Of a stretch of DNA of 46,698 bases, positions 1 through 11,209 are shown one piece after another; positions within the stretch are counted from its first letter, which is position 1, and every line of letters starts with the position of its first letter. The stretch lies in the NCBI GenBank assembly GCA_001275005.1, contig JWZX01003327.1, forward strand, positions 1 through 46,698. The letters run 5' to 3'. Position numbers and translations under genes: made by a program. The stretch is from Chrysochromulina tobinii (Eukaryota). The notes under the pieces were generated by a model that worked only from the letters and a program-made list of their open reading frames with translations, searched no databases and was not told the DNA's origin.

Positions 1-13
1 GGCGGAGGAGGAG

Positions 14-1903
14 ATGGACAAGGCCGAGGGCGCTGCCAAGATGCGCACGCGGCACGCGCAGCGTAGGCAGCGGTTGCAGAGCGTGACCGAGGAAGACGAG
101 GAGGGCGAGGAGGGCGAGGAAGGTGAGGAGGGCGAGGAGGGCGAGGAGGGCGAGGGCAACGCGGCGGCGGCCGCGGAGAGCGACGCGGCGGCCGCGGCTG
201 CGCGCATCCGCCAGCGGAAGGCCGAGATGGAGCGCGAGGAGCGCATCGCCGAACGCGCAGCAGAGCTCGTCGCGATGCGCGAGGAGCAGAGGTGCAAGGA
301 GGCCGAGGAGCGCAGCGAGGCCGCGGCGGTCGAGGCGGGCCGGCGCGCGGTCGAGCGCGTGCGCCAGAAGCAGGAGGCGGAGCAGCGAGAATGGGAGTCG
401 CGCCGAGCCGCGCACGAGGCCGCGATGGCCAACTACGACGCCGAGGCCGAGGCGGCCAAGGTGGCGATGGCGGCGATGACCGCGGCCAACCGTGCCAAGG
501 CGCTGCAGGAGGCGGAGCGCGAGGCGGAGCGTGTGGCGGCAGAGCGCGCCGCGTGGCAGCTCGAGGAAGACCGGCGGCTCGCGGCGCTCGAGCGCGAGGT
601 GCGCCAGGCGTACGAGGAGGCGCGGGCGGCTGAGAAGGCTCGACTCGACGCGGAAGAGAAGGTACGGCGCAAGGCGGAGGCGGAGCGCCAACGGCTCGCC
701 GTGCAGGACTGGTCGTGGCACGAGGCGATGGAGATGGCGTGGGATCAGGCCGAGAAGGTCGAGGAGAAGCTCCGGCAGCGCGAGCAGCGGATCACCCTCG
801 GTGCCGTCAAGTCTCGTCAGAAGCTGGCGGAGCAAAAGTCCCTCGCACGCTCGCAGATTTCGCAGCAGCTCTCGTCCACCGGCCGCGCGTCCGCCGCGTT
901 CGCGTCGACCACCGGGCGCGACTCGCAGACCGAGTCGGCGATGAAGTACGTGAACCCGGAGCAACGCGCCAAGCAGCGCACGCATGAGCGGATGGTGAAC
1001 CGCTCCAACCGTCGCGCCAAGCGTCTGAATGAGTGCGCGGTCGTGCTGCAGGCGGCGGTGCGCCGGCGGCTCGGGAGGCGCGAACGCACACGAATGGAGC
1101 GGCAGGCGGAGCTGCACGTGCACGCGCCGCCGCTCCAGGCGCTCGTGCGCGGCTGGCGTGTGCGCTCGCGTCTGCGCTGGTGTTTCAACATCGCCGTGTT
1201 GCAGCAGCGGTACATTCGGGGCCACCTGGCGCGCCGACGCGTCGCCATCATGCTCGAGCGCATGCCGAGGCTCCAGGCAGCCGCGCGCGGGCTGCTCGCG
1301 CGCGCGTCGTACCGGCGGCACCTCGAGGCGGCCACGGCGCTGCAGGCGGGCGCGCGCGGTCTGGCGGCGCGCCGGCGGGCCCGCATCTTGATGCACGATC
1401 CGACCAAGGTCGCTGCGGCATCGAAGCTGCGCAGCACCCGGATGCGCGTCGAGACGTTCCACCGGAAGCTGGGTGAGCTCGCGAGCCTCCGCACCAGTGA
1501 GCTGGCACAGCTCAAGCTCGCGCTCAACCACGAGATGGACAAGCTCGGCGCGGGCGCCAAGGACGCGCCGCACGTGATGGTGATGCGCCAGCAGGAGCGG
1601 CTCGCGATCTCGGATGCTCTCCAGATTGCAAAGGGGCGCGAGAAGACCAGCTGCCTGCTCGAGCTGCTGGCGTCCATCCCGTTTGCACGCGCGGCCGACG
1701 CACTCGCGGCGGTCGCGCCCGAGGTCGCCTGGCTCTATGAGCTGGTCGATGAGCAGCAACGCCGTGATGAGCTCTACCGGCCAGACTCGCACCGCGCCCA
1801 CGGCGGCGCCTCGCCCCCGGCAAAGCTCGTCACGGCGACGAGCAGCTCGACAGCTACCGAGCGGTCAGGCGCTCGCCCAGCGCCGCCGGCCACTCGACGA
1901 TGA
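14..1903 (+). CDS. Coiled-coil protein with multiple IQ-like calmodulin-binding motifs (probably 5'-partial)
   Basis: Long E/A/R-rich helical region, then repeated [LI]QxxxRGxxxR-like motifs (LQALVRGWRVR, LQAAARGLLAR, LQAGARGLAAR and variants). The frame is open to the window edge upstream of ATG 14. Confidence 0.7.
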   Translation: MDKAEGAAKMRTRHAQRRQRLQSVTEEDEEGEEGEEGEEGEEGEEGEGNAAAAAESDAAAAAARIRQRKAEMEREERIAERAAELVAMREEQRCKEAEERSEAAAVEAGRRAVERVRQKQEAEQREWESRRAAHEAAMANYDAEAEAAKVAMAAMTAANRAKALQEAEREAERVAAERAAWQLEEDRRLAALEREVRQAYEEARAAEKARLDAEEKVRRKAEAERQRLAVQDWSWHEAMEMAWDQAEKVEEKLRQREQRITLGAVKSRQKLAEQKSLARSQISQQLSSTGRASAAFASTTGRDSQTESAMKYVNPEQRAKQRTHERMVNRSNRRAKRLNECAVVLQAAVRRRLGRRERTRMERQAELHVHAPPLQALVRGWRVRSRLRWCFNIAVLQQRYIRGHLARRRVAIMLERMPRLQAAARGLLARASYRRHLEAATALQAGARGLAARRRARILMHDPTKVAAASKLRSTRMRVETFHRKLGELASLRTSELAQLKLALNHEMDKLGAGAKDAPHVMVMRQQERLAISDALQIAKGREKTSCLLELLASIPFARAADALAAVAPEVAWLYELVDEQQRRDELYRPDSHRAHGGASPPAKLVTATSSSTATERSGARPAPPATRR

Positions 1904-3120
1904 GCGCTCGGCACGGCGCGGCCGGTGACGAGGACCCTGTGGAAGCGGACCCTGTGGAAGCGGCAGCCGTTGAGGCCGCGCGCCGGCTTGCCGCCAGGCG
2001 AGCGCGCGAGGGTATGGGCGTCGCCACCTTGCTCGCGCCCGAGCCCAAGGTGAAGAAGTGGATGGGCAAAGGCCCTCCCCCCCCCGGCTGGAACAAGGTC
2101 ATGAAGGCGCCACCGATGCCCGCGAACTTCACACCCGCGACCTTCACACCCAGCAAGAAGCCACTCGCCGTAGGCAAGCCGTGCCGCCCGATGTACGGCA
2201 CGCCCGCCGTCCTCGGCCCCGGCACACCCAATGGGGCTGATCGGCCCAGAGGAGCCTTCGGCCCGCGCGCTGGCTCGCCGCCCCCGCCTGTGGCCGCCGG
2301 CGGTCCGACCCCCGCGAAGCCGAACCCCTCGCTCGAGACGCCGTCTGGCGCCGTGACGGGCGCGAGTGCCTCGTGCCCGGTGAGCCGCGCGCCCTCGCCC
2401 GTGCCTTCGCTGAACATGGCACGCGACGTGCTGAGCTCGGCTCGCACGAGCACGAGCGGCTCGCAGCGCTCCATGACGCCCTCCGCGCGCTCCTCCGCGC
2501 GCACCGCCTCCCCAATGGCGAGTGGGCGCTCGTCAGCGAGTGGAAGCCAGTTCAGCTCGCGCTCCGTCTCCTCCAACGGCTCGGCGCGACCGAAGACGCA
2601 GAAGGACTTTGAAGAGAATCGGCTCGACCGGATGGCCCGCGCGCAGGCGGCACAGGAGCAGAAGAAGCTCGAGGCGGCCAAGCGCGCGGCGCAGCGCTCG
2701 AAGCGCGTGGCCGGCCTGATGATCCACCCGGAGAAGATCGAGGAGCAGAAGCGTGAACGCGCGCGCGAGGCCGCCGCGAAGCTCCGAAGCGAGCGTGAGG
2801 CTGCCGAGCGTGATGCTGCCGAGGCGATCGCCGCACGGGAGATGGAGGCGGAAGCGCGCAAGGCGCACGCCGCCGTCGCGGGCGCGGCCGCACAGCAGCG
2901 GCTGCGAGAGCGCAAGGCGGAGAGGCTCGAGGAGCAGCGTCGACAAGCCGAGGCCCTCGCCGAGCAGCAGCTCGAGGCGGAGCGTGCCGCCGACGAGCAG
3001 CGACGTCAGAAGGCGGAGCAGCGACGGCTGCGAAATGAGACGAGCTTCTTCGCGCGCGCGGTCACGGACGGCGTCAAGGCGGAGCGCCCGATGGCTCAGG
3101 CCAACGGCCATGGAGTTTGA
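1900..3120 (+). CDS. Hypothetical Pro/Ser-rich protein with C-terminal coiled coil
   Basis: 406-aa ORF with high-GC codon usage and an E/R/A/Q-rich C-terminus. Its ATG overlaps the previous stop (ATGA at 1900-1903). The true start is uncertain. Confidence 0.5.
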   Translation: MSARHGAAGDEDPVEADPVEAAAVEAARRLAARRAREGMGVATLLAPEPKVKKWMGKGPPPPGWNKVMKAPPMPANFTPATFTPSKKPLAVGKPCRPMYGTPAVLGPGTPNGADRPRGAFGPRAGSPPPPVAAGGPTPAKPNPSLETPSGAVTGASASCPVSRAPSPVPSLNMARDVLSSARTSTSGSQRSMTPSARSSARTASPMASGRSSASGSQFSSRSVSSNGSARPKTQKDFEENRLDRMARAQAAQEQKKLEAAKRAAQRSKRVAGLMIHPEKIEEQKRERAREAAAKLRSEREAAERDAAEAIAAREMEAEARKAHAAVAGAAAQQRLRERKAERLEEQRRQAEALAEQQLEAERAADEQRRQKAEQRRLRNETSFFARAVTDGVKAERPMAQANGHGV

Positions 3121-3813
3121 GTAAAGAGATAGCATGGCGGCTTGGCGGGCGCCACCGCTCAAGGCATTCTGCATGGTGACTGTGTCGTGTGATGGCATGC
3201 GTAAGAGCGCGCGAGCACGATTAGTGCAGTCCGGTCCCGGTGCACTGAGGCTGGGCTGCGTGCTGTGAGAGATCGCGCCCAGCCGCGGTTGCGGTGGTAC
3301 CAGGGGTACGCGTATACCTATACGACGGTTATAATACGTAAAGCCCGTGCGACGGGCGCGACACGGACAGACGCTGTGCAGTGCGCGCGGCCCCGGTCCC
3401 GCGCCGCCCGGGCACACAAATGGCGCCGGAGATCGAGATGGCGGCGGTGTTTTCGTCTATATTATCTATTATGAAGCCACAGTCTCGGCCCGGCCCGGCG
3501 CGGCCAAGCTCCGGCCGGCTGGCGTGGAAAATGTGCCTGTGAAGATTTCGACCCACGGTACGGATTTTTTAGCATGCGTGGTGGGTTCAACGTTCAAGAG
3601 CCGACCAGACCCCACATCCCGTCCGGCCACCGGCGACCCGACGGGCACGTAGCCACGTACGCCGGCCCCGCATCGCTGCCGACACGCGGCCACATCGAAC
3701 ACGCACTTGACGTTTGCTTTCTGAGGACAGCTGAAACAGGGCGTGCCGCGGCACCGCGCCAGCAGGTAGGGCCTCACGTAATTCAGGAATGGCATAGATA
3801 TCACTCATGGATC

Positions 3814-4542
3814 TCACGCTCCAAAGAGTCGTTGCAGCATGTCATTACTAATTCCGTCATGATGGAAGATGACATCGTTGCTGCCGACGTCATCTTCGTC
3901 GCTCTCTTCGCCATCGTCCTCGTCGCCCTCCTCGTCGCCATCATTCTCGTCGCCATCGTCCTCTTCGCCAAGATCCTGTCCTAACCCGTCCTCCTCCTCG
4001 CCTTCATCCTCGCCTTCCTCCTCCCCGCTTCCCTCCTCGCCCTCACCCTCGCCCTCGTCGCTCTCACCATCGTCGCTCTCATCGCTGTCGGCAAGCTGCT
4101 TGCCGGGTCCGCATGCCTCCTGGACTGAAAGCGGTATCTGCTGCTTGCACAGCGGGCAAGTTACGTCGTCACCATACATGACTTTCTGCTGGATGTGCGT
4201 CGCGATGCATTGCCTGCAAAATGTGTCCATGCACGTCAATGCCTGCACGCCGCCGTTGGTGCCAAGGGGCTCCATACAAATCGGACACTCCTTGTGATAT
4301 ATGATGAGGTGTCCAGCGGCCGCGGGCGCCGTAGCCACCGCCTCCACGGGCTCGTCGGACGGCTCATCGGAAGCAGTGAGGTCCACGACATCGCTGTCGT
4401 CGCCGCGCGGTCGCTTGCGGCTTGCAGCTCCTGGCAGTGCTGGCAGTGCTGGCAGTGCTGGCAATGGCGTCTCGCACAAAGCGCAAGCCGTTGCACGGTC
4501 GTCCTCGCAGATGAGCGTGCAACTGGAGCAAGCACGTGACAT
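3814..4542 (-). CDS. NZF/RanBP2-type zinc finger + SIM + RING finger protein (putative E3 ligase) with acidic tail
   Basis: N-terminal CSSCTL...CALC, basic RKRPR, SIM-like DVVDLT, RING CPIC...CMDTFCRQC...CPLC, then a D/E-rich tail. Confidence 0.8.
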   Translation of the reverse strand: MSRACSSCTLICEDDRATACALCETPLPALPALPALPGAASRKRPRGDDSDVVDLTASDEPSDEPVEAVATAPAAAGHLIIYHKECPICMEPLGTNGGVQALTCMDTFCRQCIATHIQQKVMYGDDVTCPLCKQQIPLSVQEACGPGKQLADSDESDDGESDEGEGEGEEGSGEEEGEDEGEEEDGLGQDLGEEDDGDENDGDEEGDEDDGEESDEDDVGSNDVIFHHDGISNDMLQRLFGA

Positions 4543-4696
4543 TGGATCGGTTCACAGCTTTTGGAAATAATTCGAAACCCACAAGACACCGGACAGGCGA
4601 ACATCGGATGCGGTTACCACTAGCTCGGGGACCCCTGGACCCCCTTATCACAGCCATCCTCGTGCACACTTCACAGGCGCCACAACCTTTGTTGCG

Positions 4697-5706
4697 ATGG
4701 CGTCCAGCTGGAGCCTCATGAGATTTCGCAGTGAACAGCGTCGATTGCGCGCCGCGCACGTCCGACTGTCGGCTACCAGCGCAGGGCCGCCCGCGAATCT
4801 GCTGCGACTGCGAAACGTCCCGATCCTGAGCGCTCTTCGCCTCGAAGAGGCGCTTTTCCGTGCGGACAGCCGGAGCTGGCTGATCACAAACGAGTGGGAC
4901 GACGTCAGCCCTGGTGCTGAGGCGTGTTGCGTCAATACGCTGACGGGCGAGGTTATGCCAGTGGAATCCGCCAGTGCCATCGTCTTGGGCATTTCCGGAA
5001 AAGCGGCTGAGCTCGTCGATCTTGACAGGGCGCGTGCTGCCAGGGTGCCTCTCTGCCGACGCTTCTCAGGCGGAGGTACGGTCATTGTCGACACGAACAC
5101 GATCTTCGTGACGTTCCTCGTGGCCGAGGGCGCACTCCCTGCGGTTGCACCTTATCCGGAGCCCATCCTTCGTTGGACGAGCGCCGTCTATGCCGATGCC
5201 TTTGAATCGTGCGGCGTGTACGAAGCCTGCCCAGATGCAACGCAGCAGCGGTCGGCCTGGGAGAGGGCAGTGGAGTTGTTCGCTGACCCTTTGGGCTCGT
5301 TCGCTGGTCGACTCTCTTGTGCGCTCGCAGGAGCGGCTTTGCCACGCACGCAAACGACTATTGCGTCGGCGACCGTAAGTTTGGTGGCAATGCGCAGTCC
5401 ATCTCCGGCAATCGCTGGCTCCATCACACGTCTCTGCTGTGGGATTATTCGCCCGCGCGCATGGCGCTGCTGCGCATGCCCGCGAAGCGCCCCGAGTACC
5501 GCGCCAATCGGCCACACGCCGACTTCATACGCGGGCTCGCAGCCGCTGGCGTCCCAGACCGAGGCTCGTTTGTGGCATCGCTCCTCGGCGCCGCCGCCGC
5601 GCGGCTCGATCTGACAGAGGTTGGCTTGGAGGAAACGCACGCAGCGATGGCCGCGCCGCACCGGAAGTCCACGCGCAGCGTGGACATCGACCACATCGAC
5701 CGATGA
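4697..5706 (+). CDS. Lipoate-protein ligase (BPL/LplA/LipB family); exons 4697-5217, 5331-5706
   Basis: RRFSGGGTV motif in exon 1; DRKFGGNAQ and HHTSLL in exon 2. GT-AG intron 5218-5330 joins the frames (298 aa). The Arg-rich N-terminus resembles a mitochondrial presequence. Confidence 0.85.
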
Positions 5707-6027
5707 GCTTGCCGACCCCCCCCGGGGAGTCGAACACACGTGAACTCTTGGTGGCGGCGCCCGGACTGCGACTCGGACGATCGTCTCGTCTCTCCACTCT
5801 CGGCGCTGCGGAGCGGAGAGGCTCGCCCGGGCGCGGGGCAGACGTACCTAACGGCTGCACACATAGTGACGTTCCGTTACGGTGGGGTACGGGCGTCGGG
5901 CGCCCTTTCGACTAGGGGCCGAGCCGGCGCCCGACGCTCCGCCCTCCGGGCTCCGGATCGCGATCCGGCGGATCGGCGCTGGCGCTCCGGGACGCACCGC
6001 AAGAGCGTGTTCAAGACCGCGAGCGCG

Positions 6028-6064
6028 ATGATATTATGATATTATGATATTATGATATGATATT
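6028..6064. repeat. Short AT-rich tandem repeat (ATGATATT)n
   Basis: Visible directly in the sequence, about 4 units. Confidence 0.8.
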
Positions 6065-6519
6065 GTACACATGCGCGGCTAACGGTAATCGGTAACGCGC
6101 CGCGCAAATCCGCAAAATCCGGTATCACCCCCACCGACCGTCGCAGGCGCACTTCGCCCACAGCCCACACGCCCACACACGCCGCTCATCTCGGTTCCGC
6201 TCTCGCATGACCGTCACGTCACACCCCTTCCATCAGCTGCGCATCGCAGATCGAAACTTCACACACATCATCGCGAGAGAGCCTCGAGAGAGATCTTCGT
6301 CATCTTCTTGTCGTGTTGCCAAATGCCAAATTAGCGCTCGGGTATTCGTTCATCCAGCCCTCTATTGCGGGGAGGGATTCCCTACGAGCTTGAAACCCAG
6401 GTGGGCATGACTGACGTGGAGAGCGACCGCAACGTCATCGGCGACAATTCTTCGGCGACCACAGGTCCGCCAACCTCTCCTCCGCTGCCAGTGCCACGCG
6501 CCTTCTCGCCTCCAGCTAG

Positions 6520-8682
6520 TCAGAGCGTCATACCGGCGCGCGCGCCGTGGTTGAAGTCGAGGAACAAGAGTTCCTTGTACGTGGCGAGCGTCCAGAGCGA
6601 CGGGGGCACGAGCGCTTCGACGGCGTCGCAGATCTTGCGGATGTCGACCATAGTCTCGAGACGCAGCACGCGCGCCGCGGTGGCCTTGTCGTACGACGTG
6701 TCTTTGTGTTCCATGGCGTGTAGGTCGGCCTCGAGCTTCTTGACGGCCGCCGTGAGCTGGGTGACCTGGCTGGTCAGGTTCACCTTGGTCGCCGACGGGA
6801 TGATGTGCTGCTGGATCATGTCGACCATGCACTTGGCCTCGATCTCGACGGTGCCCGCGTAGTGGTTGTACATGATCGTGGCGCGCGCCTCGCACTCGTC
6901 GGGCTTCATCACATTCATCTTGGAGAAGAGGTCTTTGTTCTTTTTATCGGTGAGTTTCTTGCACGCCTCGACGCCCGAGTCGATGCGGCACAGGCGGCGC
7001 CTCTCCGCCTCGATCGGCCACTCTTTTGAGTAGCCGTTGCCGTTGAAGATCACATCCCACGACTCGTTGAGCATCTCGGCAGCCACATCGGCGGCCGCCT
7101 TGCCCTCATCCATCTGATCCGCGATCATCTGGAAGGACTCGGCGATGGTGGTGCAGAGCACGGTGTTGATCATCGACACGTTCTGTGACGAGCCGGCCGC
7201 GCGGAACTCGAAGCGGTGGCCGCCGTACGGGAAGGGCGAGGTGCGGTTGCGGTCCTCTGCCGGGATCTTGACGGGTGCCACGCCGTCGATACCGAGGTCG
7301 ACGGTGACCTTGTTCGGGGTGTACACTACGTTCCTCTTGCCCTTGCGGAATTCATCGAGGTAGTCGGTGAGCTGCTGGCCCAGGTACGTGGACATGATCG
7401 AGGGCGGCGCCTCGCACGCCCCCAGCCGGAAGTCGTTACCGGGCGAGGCGATTGCCATGCGGAACAAGTCGCCGTGCACGAACATGGCGCGCACGACGGC
7501 CGAGATGACGATGGGGAAGATGTCAGCGTTGCCCGACTTCGCAGTGAGCTGTGGGCCATTCATCAGGTTGACGCCCTCCGGTGTGCCCAGCGAGAAGTTG
7601 TTGTGCTTGCCCGAACCGTTGACGTGGTTGAAGGGCTTCTCGTGGAGGATTCCGACGAGGCCGTGCTTCTGCGGGATCTCGTCAATGAGCTGCATGAGGA
7701 CGAGATTCTCGTCGATCTGGGTGGAGGCGAGGCCGAAGTAGGGCGCGCACTCGTACTGGTTGGGGGCCACCTCGCGGTGGCGCGTCTTGAACGGGCAGCC
7801 CATCTTGAAGCCCTCGTGCATGATCTCCTGCATGCAGGCCAGGGCCACTTGGTTGAGCGGCGCCATGTAATGGTCGCACAGCTCCTGGCCGCGCGCCGCG
7901 TCACGTCCCATGATGGTGCGGCCGGCGAACTGGAGGTCGGGACGCTTGTAGTACGCCTCGCGCGGAATCAGGAAGAACTCCTGCTCCAGGCCGATGTTCG
8001 GGATGATGTTCGACACCTCGTAGCCGAGCTTCGAGAGCAAGCGCTTTCCCTGCGTGCCGAGGACCTTCATAGACTTGAGGAGCGGCGTCTTCTCGTCGAT
8101 GGCGATGCCGTGCCACGAGACGAACATGGTCGGGATGAAGACGGTGTCACCGCGGATGAACACGGGCGACGTCGGGTCAAGGATCGTGTACCCGCCGGCC
8201 GTGTGAGTGGCGCGCAGGCCGCCGTTGTGGAACGACGATCCGTCGGACTCGCCCTGGATGAGCTCATCGCCCGTGAAGACGTACTCGAGCTCGCCCTTCT
8301 TGTTGAAGTTGAACATGGCGTTCTGCACGCCGGCAGTCTGGCCGAGGCGCAGACCGGCCGAGCCGAGCGGCTGGAAGCAGTGGACCGTCATGGTCGCGCC
8401 GCGTTCCTTCGCCCACTCGATGATGGCCTTGGCGACCTTGTGGGCAGTTTCCCTGTCCAAGGTCCAGTCGGAGGTCGAAAGGAGGTTCGCGGGAAGGCCC
8501 TGCTTCACTAGGTACTTGGCGGCCACCGTGCCCATGAACCGGTTTTGGCCATACGAGCTCCTGTTGGCCTCGAAGTTAATCTCGTACGGCGGCGGCGCGC
8601 TCGGAGGAGGCGTCAGGGTCGCGTCGTACATGTGCACGTCGTCGAACGGCATGGTAGACATGTGGGATTGGCAGCCGCCCAT
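6520..8682 (-). CDS. glnN: Glutamine synthetase type III
   Basis: 720-aa intronless ORF with GSIII motifs: HCFQPL, GESDGSSF.NGGLRATHTA.GY, GLEQEFFL, HREVAPNQYE, HEKPF..VNGSGKHNN, DRNRTSPFPY, FEFRAAGSSQ. Confidence 0.95.
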   Translation of the reverse strand: MGGCQSHMSTMPFDDVHMYDATLTPPPSAPPPYEINFEANRSSYGQNRFMGTVAAKYLVKQGLPANLLSTSDWTLDRETAHKVAKAIIEWAKERGATMTVHCFQPLGSAGLRLGQTAGVQNAMFNFNKKGELEYVFTGDELIQGESDGSSFHNGGLRATHTAGGYTILDPTSPVFIRGDTVFIPTMFVSWHGIAIDEKTPLLKSMKVLGTQGKRLLSKLGYEVSNIIPNIGLEQEFFLIPREAYYKRPDLQFAGRTIMGRDAARGQELCDHYMAPLNQVALACMQEIMHEGFKMGCPFKTRHREVAPNQYECAPYFGLASTQIDENLVLMQLIDEIPQKHGLVGILHEKPFNHVNGSGKHNNFSLGTPEGVNLMNGPQLTAKSGNADIFPIVISAVVRAMFVHGDLFRMAIASPGNDFRLGACEAPPSIMSTYLGQQLTDYLDEFRKGKRNVVYTPNKVTVDLGIDGVAPVKIPAEDRNRTSPFPYGGHRFEFRAAGSSQNVSMINTVLCTTIAESFQMIADQMDEGKAAADVAAEMLNESWDVIFNGNGYSKEWPIEAERRRLCRIDSGVEACKKLTDKKNKDLFSKMNVMKPDECEARATIMYNHYAGTVEIEAKCMVDMIQQHIIPSATKVNLTSQVTQLTAAVKKLEADLHAMEHKDTSYDKATAARVLRLETMVDIRKICDAVEALVPPSLWTLATYKELLFLDFNHGARAGMTL

Positions 8683-10013
8683 GTTGTTTGAGTTGCTTGT
8701 TTATGTGCGGGCGCGTGACCGCGAGGGTTGGGGAGTAGTCGATCCCTTTTTTCGGTCGGAAAATCCTGCATCCGGGGTCTTGCATCGGCTCATTTCCGCA
8801 GCTGGATGCTGGAAGTTGAAGTGTAACGCTTTTTTGGTAGTTTCAACCGTCGGACGATAAAAATGTCGCGAAACACATACCGGTAGCATCCTCTACAAAG
8901 CCTCTTGTCCCCAGATTAACCCAGGAGACTAGGAGACAACGTTCTTGCTCGAGATACATGGAGATAAACAAGCAAGAACGCAAAGCAAGCAAGCAACCGC
9001 ACGCGTTTACGGTTTAGTCGTGTTGTGTTGTACCTGTTGTTTCGACTGCTTCTACAGTGTAGGCAATTGAGTGTAGGTCTTAGCTTGCCACCTTGCTTTC
9101 GAGATACAATGTAAACAAGGTGAAGACTGTAGAAGACTGTAGAAGAGCTTTTGCATGCATTGAGTCTGTGTCAGGCTCTCAGGCATATTACATGTATAAT
9201 TACATGTATTGTGGTTACATGGGTTATTGGCTTATTGCGTCTCCGTGTGCACGGCAGCTGGGGTGTGGAGCTACTCCGGGGTCAGGGGGGGGCGGGGGCT
9301 ATCCCTTTGGGGGGGGTCCTATCGGATACGTATCCTGATGTATCTGATCATGTATCGTGCGTGTAAGGTGTACATGTATCCTGAAGGATTTCGTAATATG
9401 TGGGACTGTCATCTCGCACCTGTGGCGCTCGTGGGAGGAGCGCGCTGCGTCACTGTGCAACGCAGAGCTCTGTCCTGTACCTCCTGTAGGTGCTCGAGCG
9501 ACGAGTGTATCCTCGGCGCGCTCGCGGCGGCGCGAAACGTCGTCAAGGGATGTCGACGGGGGTGTACTGTAACGGGGGTGTACAGTAACAGCTTTTGTAA
9601 CGGCGACGGTGCTCCTCTCGCGTGAGCGCGGGGGCAAGCAAGCTCGCGCTCCGAGCGCGCGCGCGCGCCGCGCGCTCGGCAGCCGCCGCTACAGTACCGG
9701 TACGTGCATCGACGTGCGCGGCCCTCAACATGTAGCTTAGTTGCGCAGGTCGTCGCAACTCGTTGCTTAATCCAGCGGGGGCGCCCGGCGAGCCGCCCTG
9801 TAGGAATCCTACATGCCGAGAAGCGCGAATAAAGCGCGTGGTTTGTCGCTGTTGGAGATTTTCACGAACTTGTGCTGACACACGTGCCCCCTGTAATTTG
9901 CAGCCCCTCTTTTCTCATTGTGAATGGGGGCTCACGCCGTGCCCGCGCGCCGGGCCGTCTCGCATGAGTTCTCGCACGTGGAAAACGGGAAAACGGGGAG
10001 AGAGAGAGTGCGT

Positions 10014-11209
10014 ATGGGCTTCATCCTCGATAGCGACGAGCCGATCGCGCCGTCACCGCTGGCGCATACACCAACGGACCCGTCGCTGTGGGAGTTTGGA
10101 GTCTCTCTCGTCATCCTTGGCTGCATCTCCTCGTCGATCGGGCTCTTGCTCATGAAGCGAAGTGCGGACGTGGAGGACACGCTGCCGCTGTACAAGCGCT
10201 GGCGCTGGGCTCTTGGCTTCGTGTTCCTGGTGGGAAACGCCACCGTCATTGACCTCATCGCTTTCGCTATCACGCCGCTCTCGCTCATCGCGCCGTTTGC
10301 GGCCCTGACCATGGTCTTCTCTGTGGTCCTTGCAAAATCGGGTCTATTTGGCGTGCACGAGTCTCTGCCCGGGCGCCAGATCATCGGCATCGCGTTCGTC
10401 GTCGTAGGCGTGACAACGGTCTCGGTGTTCGGACCACACACGTCCGACGAACCCACCATGGCCGAGATCTTCGACGACTTCGACAACCCGGCCTTCATCG
10501 TGTTCGTGTCGCTTTCGCTCTCGCTGGTCGCGCTCTATCTTGTGCTCCTCTGGACACCTCGGCTAGAACCCTACCGCCCGTCGCCGACCTCGCCGTGGAC
10601 CACTCTGTTCTCCGCCTTCTGCTCCGCTGTCTGTGGCGCCCAATCGCAGCTGTTCCTCAAGGTGATCTCCGTAGGGCTGCGCTTTTTTACAACAGGCGGC
10701 GACCCAAACGCGGCGGTCACTCCCGCCTTCATCCTCTCCCTCATCGGCCTGGCGGTCACGGCGCCGCTGCAGCTGTACTTGCTCAACTCGACGCTTGCAT
10801 CGTCCCCGATTGGATACGCAGTGCCTCTCTGTACGCCTACGCTCCGAATTGGATGGCCACTGATCACTTGCGCTACTGACCACTGAATGCCACCGAATGC
10901 GCCACCGAATGCACAGACCAGTCTCTCCTTATCATGCTCACTGTGGCGGCGGGCGGCATCTTCTTCAAGGAATTTGCCGACATCAGCTTTGCCCGCGGCG
11001 TCCTGTTCTGCGTTGGCGCCATGGTCGCGCTCGGCGGCCTGGTGGTCCTCTCGCTCAAAGTCCAATCACCTGCGCCGACGGAGGAGAAGGTCCTATTACG
11101 ACGGATACCAGGCCTCCAGCCTTCTCCAGCGGAGCCTGCAGAAGATAAGCACGACGACTTTGACAGCCTTGAAGCGCGTGCTGAGATTCGGGGAACGGGG
11201 CGGCGGTGA
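10014..11209 (+). CDS. NIPA-family Mg2+ transporter / DMT superfamily; exons 10014-10830, 10917-11209
   Basis: Multiple TM segments and RWRWALG...AFAITPLSLIAPF. Intron 10831-10916 restores the NIPA-like VPLYQS...GGIFFKEF. An alternative upstream ATG lies at 9924. Confidence 0.85.

Noticed and set aside
7216..8511. Long antisense and alternative-frame ORFs (also 817-1677, 1854-2915, 25211-26203, 29019-30164)
   Set aside because: Shadow ORFs expected opposite high-GC coding sequence; no motifs.
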